A stretch of DNA of 56,703 nt. Origin: an uncultured Candidatus Micrarchaeota archaeon (GTDB lineage Archaea > Micrarchaeota > Micrarchaeia > CAILAH01). Position 1 is the stretch's first letter, and each line of letters begins with the position of its first letter. Below, piece by piece: positions 50,701 to 56,703 of the stretch. The notes under the pieces were generated by a model. That model did no database searches, was not told the DNA's origin, and worked only from the letters and a program-made list of their open reading frames with translations. The position numbers were made by a program, and so were the translations under genes. The stretch lies in the NCBI GenBank assembly GCA_903832205.1, contig CAILAH010000026.1, positions 1 to 56,703 of the forward strand, in the 5' to 3' direction.

Positions 50701-51416
50701 TTCGTGGCGTTCTCATCCTGCTCATAGATGTCCTGCAGCAGGTTGAGCTGCTCGCGCGCAACCACGAACTCGTTCTGCGAGCAGATGCTCAGATCGAACG
50801 CCTTTTCCGTGATGAGCTTGTTCAGCGCCTTGTTCAAGTCGTCCCGCTGGAGCATTATTGCGTCCACTTCGCCCTGGCTGGGCTGGCTGTTTGATGCGAT
50901 TGCGGTGCGCAGGTCGGACGCCTTCTTCTTCACGTTTGAGAAATCGACTGCCGTCGGATATAGAGTGCCGTTGAGCTGCGGATACTTGTTGAGCCCGTTG
51001 TTGCAGCGCACGTTTGAAGTGCAGAGGCTCTGGCACTCCGGCTCGGTGCTGCAGATGGGAAGCACCTCGTCAAGGCCGTAGTTGCAGTTGAGCGTTATGG
51101 TCGCCAGGTTGGTTAGAAGATCATAATAGGTGTTTGCATAGGTCTCGTCGCGCCTGTAGGACGCCTGTGAGATGAAATCCGGGTTCTTTTCTGTTCCTGT
51201 GATGGTGATTTCCTTCTTCATCTGGAGGAAGCCCTCGCTCTGCTGCGCGAACGTATACTTCCAGACGTTGGGAATCCCGTCGCCGTCTGTGTCTGAGGAA
51301 ATGGATTTCTCAATTACGGCCTTTTTCTGCGTGATGGGCGTGGAGCTCTCAAGGCAGCCCATGTTTATTACGAATAGGGCAACCAAAAAGAGCAGGACCG
51401 CTCCACGGTAATTCAT
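47760..51416 (-). CDS. Giant membrane protein: signal or lipobox-like N terminus, ~330-aa extracellular domain, TM bundle, ~700-aa cytoplasmic coiled coil with a zinc ribbon, and a C-terminal Roadblock/LC7 (MglB-like) domain
   Basis: Starts at ATG 51416 (MNYRGAVLLFLVALFVINMGC), 27 nt from a TATA element. TM segments lie around FVQFRAFFTSLLL...LVLVLYLAY, FLIAAVIALALGGYLVF and ILLGSSVLLVGLILFGFVL. Zinc ribbon CPVCGRTTTLASDKCDSCG. C terminus ILGGMILRKDGLVISSNLP...TYVAFNAKLGRQIVVRAG..LILAIIK. Confidence 0.8.
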   Translation of the reverse strand: MNYRGAVLLFLVALFVINMGCLESSTPITQKKAVIEKSISSDTDGDGIPNVWKYTFAQQSEGFLQMKKEITITGTEKNPDFISQASYRRDETYANTYYDLLTNLATITLNCNYGLDEVLPICSTEPECQSLCTSNVRCNNGLNKYPQLNGTLYPTAVDFSNVKKKASDLRTAIASNSQPSQGEVDAIMLQRDDLNKALNKLITEKAFDLSICSQNEFVVAREQLNLLQDIYEQDENATKVQYFSAYSKFEITSKTSYTYNENAVIEVDEIIPESFATRQSSVTFLTVPPIYISDSVPLTVRYRLDFKKISQINSDFGYKAASGPANWDLEMQKITYPSGSIKVLNLENIGAFVQFRAFFTSLLLSLHAYVGFGFALALVAFALVLVLYLAYTVVRLVLSLFASAGKHEPIAEAFYRIAGYGGRGRNEFLIAAVIALALGGYLVFSAGEPIIDDPIQVLSTNTNILLGSSVLLVGLILFGFVLEDIIKARLIGERYLRAPVEQGIRKVVVEKEMKDEVQKMRTEIMGLRESAAVAGTAFDAKRADLFFAYLSAVETKMSRGELEDAELMIEKTLRKEYAALHGMLSVSMDQEKVLEKMREEVEDEIDQIESLYRKFSNYGVKFEKKEWRIEANRYPIIYSGQGFIAAKKYLDAIAENLKLERNSIQAKMSDVEHLMLTKFPCPVCGRTTTLASDKCDSCGVSLDEGFMAKHTDLRHELESLAMELKAKKIARGDRLITSVETLLVHMNENMRSKQFDKSSELITTIDEKMKHIQEVLGRTISEEGEMRSHLAEIDRHLESIPALIAQAKENSIDVSIYEKRFLAFGGKEAMAPIASLPLEESVTRSKELADSFAQIESDIKNTIAKFMVSVNAFERVNELFTEISTLITRGKGYGLGTEDYSKRLGGLNVDSIIEAIEKNEIDEKELNNSVTILSDMAAELKKKVAAAQQFTEQLNTVDGKLNEANTLVEVCKKNGLAPFEEMERLYATSTEPVRDRIESFGLDEAESIKNDIISLNTKADSILLTLRRKSEVLSAWPGWKSSIEGLLRRQERVDPAMLSAIPPEWRPWVVERFVSETDLPVTLEGNTIVKLKAIKGMGKSDLENIMKEMIDTKRILGGMILRKDGLVISSNLPMGGNAESVAAGSATAMQKAEAASKALNRGDVTYVAFNAKLGRQIVVRAGEQSLILAIIKPDEDLGFVLLTMKKAADRVRDIIDKL

Positions 51417-51434
51417 GAAGCATACATCGTTGAT

Positions 51435-51450
51435 AATGTTTAAATACATT
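51435..51450. promoter_or_regulatory. Shared bidirectional TATA element for the giant gene (-) and SRP RNA (+)
   Basis: AATGTTTAAATACATT is near-palindromic and centred at about 51443. That is 27 nt from ATG 51416 and 28 nt from the proposed SRP RNA 5' end at 51471. Confidence 0.5.
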
Positions 51451-51470
51451 CCAATATCTAAAGTAGGAAC

Positions 51471-51784
51471 GGATAGGCCGGGGGGCCAGGGGTCCCTTGT
51501 TACCGCAAATCCCCTTTAGGCGGGGCCGAAAAGCCGGAAGAGGCTTCGAGTTCGTGAGCGGGTCCGCAGGTTCCGCGTCGATCTCCTGCCTTACGCGGCG
51601 GTTCACTGTGTGAACCGGGTCAGATCGGAAGAAGCAGCCCTAAACTCTGTGTGCCGTGCCGTGAGTCTACAGGAGGGAGTTGGCCTGCGGGGTGCCTTAA
51701 CACGGATTCCCTGTCCATTCCGGTGAATCCACTCACTGATGAAAGGGGGAGGGCCCCCTTTCCTCGTGTGGTCTACACCTATCC
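51471..51784 (+). ncRNA. Signal recognition particle (7S/SRP) RNA, archaeal type
   Basis: Helix-8 signature GGGTCAGATCGGAAGAAGCAGCCCTAA at 51616-51642. Helix-5 pairing CCGCAGG (51565-71) with CCTGCGG (51693-99). Terminal GGATAGG/CCTATCC pairing. About 314 nt. The exact 3' end is uncertain. Confidence 0.75.
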
Positions 51785-51890
51785 CCCCTTGCGGGAGGCT
51801 GGTTTATACCATATGGCGAAAGGAAACTCCTTATCCAATAGTGAAATAAATCGTTGCGCATTCCCAGGACGTGTTTTTGCGATAGCAAAA

Positions 51891-51978
51891 CTCGCTGGGG
51901 GTGCGGGGGTGACCTTTTGCATCTGCAAAAGGCATCGCTTTTTGCCTTCGGGCAAAAATGCGGTGTAAAACCCCCTGC
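51891..51978 (+). repeat. Conserved pre-tRNA upstream module (copy 2)
   Basis: CTCGCTGGGGGTGCGGGGGTGACCTTTTGCATCTGCAAAAGGCATCGCTTTTTGCCTTCGGGCAAAAATGCGG..CCCCCTGC. It is collinear with 32118-32204. The first hairpin has compensatory arm changes and the second is identical. Confidence 0.7.
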
Positions 51979-52062
51979 GCTGGGGTCGCCTAGTCCGGTA
52001 GGGCGGCAGGTTGCTAACCTGTTGCGGGAAACCGTCCGGGAGTTCAAATCTCCCCCCTAGCG
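51979..52062 (+). tRNA. tRNA-Ser(GCU), class II with a long variable arm
   Basis: Acceptor GCTGGGG/CCCTAGC. D stem GCC/GGC. Anticodon arm GCAGG-TTGCTAA-CCTGT. Variable arm CGG-GAAA-CCG. T arm GGGAG-TTCAAAT-CTCCC. Discriminator G. Confidence 0.85.
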
Positions 52063-52095
52063 CTCTTTTATTTTTATTAGCACTAAAATGATTGC

Positions 52096-53505
52096 ATGAA
52101 AATCCTTTGCTTTTCAGACTGGAGAACGCAAAGAGTATCATCTGTGTTAGAGTTCATAGAGTTCTATAACACAACAAGAAATTATTCTATCGATCTAGCT
52201 TTATATGGTGGTGACGACACATTAAGATTCAAAGAAGATTGGAGCAATATCGCAGAAAAAACTTCGCTGAAAAAAGTTCTAGCAGTAATTGGAAACGATG
52301 AAGATGATGACGCTAGAAATGTTCTGATTAATAACTGCGTCGTTGATCTCCATAAAAAGAGTTATGCTTTTGAAGGCATTTCCTTTATAGGATTGGAAGC
52401 AATGAGCATTGGAATAGATGGGATAAGATATACCGAACGGAAAATTCACGAGATGTTGCGGAGCAAACTTTCCCAGATACCTAAGGATAATATGAAAATA
52501 CTATTAACGCACACTCCTCCAAAAAATCACCTTGATTTAGCAATACGTTATGGTCACAAGCATATTGGTTCTGTGTCAATTTCGAAGATGCTTGAGAATT
52601 TTGATTTTGTTATTTGTGGACATGTGCATAATCAAGGCGGAAGAAAGGAACTTTTTGGTAAAACCCAAATAGTCAATGTAGCTTCGATGGAGGAACACCC
52701 TGGTATTTTTGCTGTAATTGATACAGAGACAAGAGAAATAGAGATATTTAACGAAGAGGATGTAATACGCGAAAAGCAATTGCGGAAACTAAAGGATGTT
52801 TCAGTAAATCGAATAAAGAAACTGGAAGAATTAGGGATCCATGACCTTTCAGACGTTACAGCTGAGAATAAAAAAATACTAATGAAAACGAATGCGGGAG
52901 AACGTCTTGTTAATTATTGGATAGAACAAGCCGCATTGATAAAAGCTAACAAAATGAATCTTAACCCCAAACAATTGAAAAAATATATTGGCGAAAGATA
53001 TATTTTATACGATGTGGAAACTGATTTAACGCAAAAAAAGATATTTTTGGTTGGATGCTATTGCTCTGTAAACAACGAAGAGATGCAATTCTTTGAAAAG
53101 AAAAATGAACGCAAATTATTCAGAGAATTTAGTAGCTACTGCAAATCGTTTGAAGACATCAAGCTTGTAAGCTACAGCAATTGTAAACTAGAGAAAAGGC
53201 TTTTTTGCGCATTAGCAACGAAATATAAAGATAAGGAATTCTACCAGTTAGTACAGAATGAAATCGATTTGGGGATATACATAAGGGACTTAATAATTGG
53301 TGATTTACCGTCTACCCATTTAAAAGATTTGGCAGCTTTTTTTGGATATAAATCACAGACTAATCTTTCCGGAGCGGAAGTTGGATTTATGTATAGTGAC
53401 TATTTAATAGATAAAGTTGAACCAAACTGGAAAAAGATTAAAAAATATAACCACGACGATGTTTTTTCGCTTAAACTTGTAATTGACAAAATCAATGGAA
53501 AATGA
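52096..53505 (+). CDS. Fusion protein: calcineurin-like metallophosphoesterase, helix-hairpin-helix, and RNase H-fold (DEDD-like, YprB/COG3359-like) exonuclease
   Basis: MPE motifs CFSDW, GGDD, GNDED, THTPP and GHVH. HhH in NRIKKLEELGIHDLSDV. Exonuclease blocks ILYDVETD and NHDDVFSL. The gene is visibly AT-rich compared with its flanks. Confidence 0.7.
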   Translation: MKILCFSDWRTQRVSSVLEFIEFYNTTRNYSIDLALYGGDDTLRFKEDWSNIAEKTSLKKVLAVIGNDEDDDARNVLINNCVVDLHKKSYAFEGISFIGLEAMSIGIDGIRYTERKIHEMLRSKLSQIPKDNMKILLTHTPPKNHLDLAIRYGHKHIGSVSISKMLENFDFVICGHVHNQGGRKELFGKTQIVNVASMEEHPGIFAVIDTETREIEIFNEEDVIREKQLRKLKDVSVNRIKKLEELGIHDLSDVTAENKKILMKTNAGERLVNYWIEQAALIKANKMNLNPKQLKKYIGERYILYDVETDLTQKKIFLVGCYCSVNNEEMQFFEKKNERKLFREFSSYCKSFEDIKLVSYSNCKLEKRLFCALATKYKDKEFYQLVQNEIDLGIYIRDLIIGDLPSTHLKDLAAFFGYKSQTNLSGAEVGFMYSDYLIDKVEPNWKKIKKYNHDDVFSLKLVIDKINGK

Positions 53506-53534
53506 ACCTCTTTGCACTCTTTTGAAGATTACGT

Positions 53535-53598
53535 GAGAGGGGAGGTGTAGACCACACGAGGAGGGGAGACGCTTCTCCCCTCATCAGTGAGCGCTCTT
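53535..53598 (-). repeat. Inverted partial copy of the 3' segment of the SRP RNA locus
   Basis: The reverse complement reads CTCACTGATGA-GGGGAGAAGCGTCTCCCC-TCCTCGTGTGGTCTACACCT. The copy at 51731-51780 reads CTCACTGATGA-AAGGGGGAGGGCCCCCTTT-CCTCGTGTGGTCTACACCT. Flanks are identical, and the internal hairpin differs but is still self-complementary. Confidence 0.65.
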
Positions 53599-53687
53599 TT
53601 CTTTTTTTCATCCACCCCTGTGGAGTGGCTCAAAATTCGAACATTTATATTAAAAGGGCGGGCTAATAGTAATGAGGTGTGTTGTGC

Positions 53688-54074
53688 ATGATGAAACAAA
53701 TAACCGTGGTTGTGCAGAATAAGGTAGGCATACTTTCCGATGTGACGGAAGTATTGGGCCGCAGCGGCATAAACATAATCTCGATTTCTGCGCAGGGATT
53801 TGAGAATAACGCGGTCGTTAGGGTGCTGACCACCGATATGAACACCGCGCTGCATGATTTGGGCAAGGCAGGCTACAACGCGATTGTCAACGACATTATC
53901 GTGCTCAAGCTGCCGGACAGGCCTGGGGAGCTCTACAAGATTACGAAGAAGATGTCAAAGGAGGGCCTCAACCTGAGGGCGGTTTACATCATAGGAAAGG
54001 AGAACGACAGGACGATTGTGGCAATCGACCCAGAGGACTATGCAAAGGCAGTGAGGGTTCTCGAAAAACAATAG
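53688..54074 (+). CDS. ACT-domain protein (two ACT-like modules)
   Basis: ITVVVQNKVGILSDVTEVLGRSGINIISISAQ and IVLKLPDRPGELYKITKKMSKEGLNL. Starts at ATG 53688 after GAGGTG. Confidence 0.8.
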   Translation: MMKQITVVVQNKVGILSDVTEVLGRSGINIISISAQGFENNAVVRVLTTDMNTALHDLGKAGYNAIVNDIIVLKLPDRPGELYKITKKMSKEGLNLRAVYIIGKENDRTIVAIDPEDYAKAVRVLEKQ

Positions 54075-54098
54075 CAAATTGCAGTTGATTTGCTAGCT

Positions 54099-54118
54099 GG
54101 CAAACACCTGTGTTTGCC
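54099..54118. terminator. Hairpin plus T-run between convergent genes (bidirectional terminator candidate)
   Basis: GGCAAACAC-CT-GTGTTTGCC is followed by ATAATTCCTTTTTTTAT. A second hairpin, GCAAAT..ATTTGC, lies at 54074-54093. Confidence 0.4.
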
Positions 54119-54144
54119 ATAATTCCTTTTTTTATCTTAATTTT

Positions 54145-54516
54145 CTACTGTGTTATTAGAAGCGAATTCCCGCCATTGGCTATTTTGAATTCCCCGTCAA
54201 GATTTTCTGTTAGCGATGTCGTATACTGTTCGGGCGTTATGCACAGGTAGGATTCGGCAATGTAGATTTCCTTTGATGTGCCGTTGAATGTGAGCGGGAT
54301 CCTGGAGTAGAACGATTCCACTGCTCCGTTGCCGTTTAATTTTGCCGAGACTAATTTCTGGGAGATGATTTCACAGGTGCGCTCCATCACCAGCTTTGAT
54401 GCCTGGGATGAGGACTGCTGGTTCTGCACGTATGCGACAGAGATTAGCGCGGTGAAAAGGACTGCGAGCGCGCTGAGCGCAACAAGGAAATCGAATGCAA
54501 CCTGTCCCTTAGACAT
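54145..54516 (-). CDS. Archaeal type IV pilin-like protein (class III signal peptide)
   Basis: MSKGQVAFDFLVALSALAVLFTALISVAYV has a KGQ cleavage-type motif followed by a hydrophobic helix. Confidence 0.75.
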   Translation of the reverse strand: MSKGQVAFDFLVALSALAVLFTALISVAYVQNQQSSSQASKLVMERTCEIISQKLVSAKLNGNGAVESFYSRIPLTFNGTSKEIYIAESYLCITPEQYTTSLTENLDGEFKIANGGNSLLITQ

Positions 54517-54518
54517 AA

Positions 54519-55187
54519 CTAAGACACCTTCACGGTTATTGTTTCTGATTCGCCGCTCGTGCTCGTGAGCCTTACTGTTCCCGATGATGCGGCTGTGATT
54601 TTCAATTGCGCGTCCTTTCCCGCGTCAATTTTCTGCGAAGACCAGTCGAGCGTTATGCCCGAGTCAGGAAGCGCCGTGATTATTGTTTCCTTTTGGCCGG
54701 GGTTTTTTATCGTTATTGTGCGCTCTGCATTTGGCTGTAAATATATGAGCGTTTCTGTTGTGAGCAGCGACGGATTTTCAGTAATGAAGACATAGCCTGT
54801 GTGCGACGCAGCATAGACATCATAGTCGCCAGGCTCGAACGTGAGGTCGCCGCGCAGCGGGACTTCAAACGGCTGGGGGATGTCCTTGACGCCGTACTTG
54901 TGCTCAACCTGCATGTTGATTAGTGTGGAAGAGATGTAGGACTCGTTCTGCACTATTGTGTTGGGGACGTGCAGTGTTGTCCTCTGCAGTGAGCCGGGCC
55001 CGCTCTCATAGGCGAGCTTTGCAAGCGAGGAGAGCTCGCTGAGGCTGCGCTCCGCAAGCTGGGAGTCAAGCGATGTCTGCATGTCCTCAAAAGCCGAGCG
55101 CGATGTCGCAATAAGAATCCCAAGAACCAGTAGAGCAACGGCAAGTATTGAGATCAGTTCAATGGATGCCTGGCCCTTCTTATACAT
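54519..55187 (-). CDS. Archaeal type IV pilin-like protein (class III signal peptide)
   Basis: Starts at internal ATG 55187: MYKKGQASIELISILAVALLVLGILIATS. The upstream 56 codons of the ORF are not coding. Confidence 0.75.
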   Translation of the reverse strand: MYKKGQASIELISILAVALLVLGILIATSRSAFEDMQTSLDSQLAERSLSELSSLAKLAYESGPGSLQRTTLHVPNTIVQNESYISSTLINMQVEHKYGVKDIPQPFEVPLRGDLTFEPGDYDVYAASHTGYVFITENPSLLTTETLIYLQPNAERTITIKNPGQKETIITALPDSGITLDWSSQKIDAGKDAQLKITAASSGTVRLTSTSGESETITVKVS

Positions 55188-55284
55188 ATAATAGAGAGTA
55201 TGCGGGAAAAAATATAAATGAAGAATGGAACGGGTGGGAAGCAAATCGCAAGGTATAAGAACGGGCCCACTATAGAATAACCAT

Positions 55285-55809
55285 ATGGCAAATGTTACTA
55301 AAGAGAGGATTGTTACTGCATTTGAGCTCGGAAAGAGGAGAATGAGTGAGTTCAAGGCAAAAGACCCGAAGGCAGCGGGGATTATTGAAAAGGAGCTTTC
55401 ACATGACTTTTACGTTGGATACGGTGCGGAGAGGCTTGAGATGCCTATGATGGCATACAGCATATTCGCAGTGAGCCCCAGGGGCGGGGATGACATGGGC
55501 GCGTACGGGACTTCCTGCGGCATTGTGGGAAACCTTTGTTTTGGCAAGGCCGCGGTGATGGCGTTCCTCAAGCTGCACAACAATGTGTTTGGCGTGACGA
55601 CGAGCGGTGATGTGCCGCAAGGCGATATGGACAGGGAAGTGCTTGAGCACTGCACCAGCGAGGGGGGCATAAGGTTCTCTTCTGCCATTCTCAAGCTGTC
55701 TTCCATGAGAGCCGCCTATATGTTCGCGAAGCTTGTTGAAAAGGCGGATGGCTCGCTGAGGCCCGATAATTCCGAGGCAGAAGGCTACGTGTGGTTTGAG
55801 TCCGAGTAA
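55285..55809 (+). CDS. Hypothetical protein
   Basis: An intact 174-aa ORF with typical composition. No recognisable motif. Confidence 0.6.
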   Translation: MANVTKERIVTAFELGKRRMSEFKAKDPKAAGIIEKELSHDFYVGYGAERLEMPMMAYSIFAVSPRGGDDMGAYGTSCGIVGNLCFGKAAVMAFLKLHNNVFGVTTSGDVPQGDMDREVLEHCTSEGGIRFSSAILKLSSMRAAYMFAKLVEKADGSLRPDNSEAEGYVWFESE

Positions 55810-55828
55810 AACCTAAACGAAAATAAAT

Positions 55829-56305
55829 TTAGTAAGACCTTCCATTCATCCTTTTCCACTTCTCAAAGGGCACAAGGCATTCGTTGCGCATGAATGCAGG
55901 GGTTATTTTTGTCTTTAGGTGCCCGAGCATCTTGAGCTTGAGATTGTGGATCTTAAACTCGTGAAAACCGTAGTGCGCGGCGTCCTCGATTGTCGCACCG
56001 AAGTAGATGTCCCTTATCCTCGCCCAGTGTATCGCCGTGAAGCACATGGGGCAGGGTTCCGCCGTCGAATAGATAGTGCAGCCGGTGAGGTCGATGGAGC
56101 CGAGCTTTTTTGCCGCCTTGCTTATCGCATTCATCTCAGCATGAGCGGTTGGAGTGCAGCTCTTCCACACGGTGTTATGCGCCACGGCGAGCAGTTTGCC
56201 GTTCTTGTCAACGATTGCGGCACCGAACGGCCCGCCTTCCTTCTTTGTGATGCCCGCGATTGCGGACTTGATTGCTAGTTTCATGTAATGCTCATGAGTT
56301 GCCAT
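55829..56305 (-). CDS. CMP/dCMP-type zinc deaminase (TadA or guanine-deaminase-like)
   Basis: HAEMNAI (H-A-E) and EPCPMCFTAI (PCxxC). Confidence 0.85.
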   Translation of the reverse strand: MATHEHYMKLAIKSAIAGITKKEGGPFGAAIVDKNGKLLAVAHNTVWKSCTPTAHAEMNAISKAAKKLGSIDLTGCTIYSTAEPCPMCFTAIHWARIRDIYFGATIEDAAHYGFHEFKIHNLKLKMLGHLKTKITPAFMRNECLVPFEKWKRMNGRSY

Positions 56306-56357
56306 GGTGATAGGTCGCTGCCAAAATTAAAAAGCGTTGGATGCGAGTCTAATAGCG

Positions 56358-56703
56358 ATGGAAAAACCAGATTGGCTGAAAAAAGGACAGGACGCAATTG
56401 GGAAACCGGACTGGCTGAAGATAGGGCTGCCAAGCAAGGAGTATGCAAATACAAAAAAGCTGCTTTCTTCCCTTAATATTACAACTGTGTGCAGGGAGGC
56501 CAAATGCCCCAATGTGAATGAGTGCTGGGGAAGAGGCACTGCAACGCTAATGATTCTGGGAGATACATGCACGAGGGGATGCAAGTTCTGCAATACGAAA
56601 ACCGCGATGAAAGGAAGAAAGGTTGATGCAACAGAACCAAAAAGGATTGCACTGGGCGTCCGTTTGCTTGGCCTTCGTTATGTTGTAATTACAAGCGTTG
56701 ACA
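56358..56703 (+). CDS. lipA: Lipoyl synthase LipA, N-terminal part (runs off the window end)
   Basis: Hand translation gives MEKPDWLKKGQDAIGKPDWLKIGLPSKEY...VCREAKCPNVNECWGRGTATLMILGDTCTRGCKFCNTKT. It shows the CxxxxCxxxxxC and radical-SAM CxxxCxxC motifs. Confidence 0.9.
   Translation, partial: MEKPDWLKKGQDAIGKPDWLKIGLPSKEYANTKKLLSSLNITTVCREAKCPNVNECWGRGTATLMILGDTCTRGCKFCNTKTAMKGRKVDATEPKRIALGVRLLGLRYVVITSVD

Noticed and set aside
51733-51745. CTGATGA in the repeated SRP-flank element as a hammerhead ribozyme core or a C/D-box sRNA C box.
   Set aside because: After the stem there is no GAAA (both copies have TCCTC). No CUGA D box or terminal stem lies in the required positions.

Overview
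This is a compact, gene-dense archaeal chromosome segment. Markers are TFB, aIF5A, ribosomal proteins S24e and S27ae, Kae1, Pth2, an archaeal-type SRP RNA and pilins with class III signals. First genes of operons sit about 27 nt downstream of an A/T-rich TATA element (leaderless geometry). Internal genes use a GGTGA-type Shine-Dalgarno. By inference the source is a small-genome, possibly DPANN-like or episymbiotic archaeon.

- **0-6.5 kb:** Pth2, NurA, an 889-aa Cys-rich secreted HExxH protein and a lytic-transglycosylase/LysM protein.
- **6.5-31.6 kb:** a single-strand accessory super-array.
  - 23 gene products share a short N-terminal tag, DP[IM][LIV]..[ED]G[IL][LF]G. Sixteen are membrane-hairpin proteins and seven are soluble repeat proteins, one of them ankyrin.
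  - The array is interrupted by a MoxR-type AAA+ ATPase. It is closed by a metallopeptidase-VWA protein, a paralogue of the DGR target, an ankyrin protein and a small VWA protein.
- **31.7-56.7 kb:** mostly housekeeping genes, plus the following.
  - tRNA-Cys (137-nt intron), tRNA-Asp, tRNA-Ser and the SRP RNA.
  - Two AT-rich single-gene nuclease islets placed directly after tRNAs.
  - A 1218-aa membrane / coiled-coil / Roadblock protein.
  - A complete diversity-generating retroelement (DGR): RT 45055-46158, TR about 46212-46289, VR about 46568-46648.

The DGR target gene carries the same N-terminal tag as the array. Main hypothesis (inference): the tag marks an undescribed set of co-addressed effector or cargo proteins served by the MoxR/VWA/peptidase module, and the DGR makes one member hypervariable. 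No CRISPR array, rRNA or transposase was seen.
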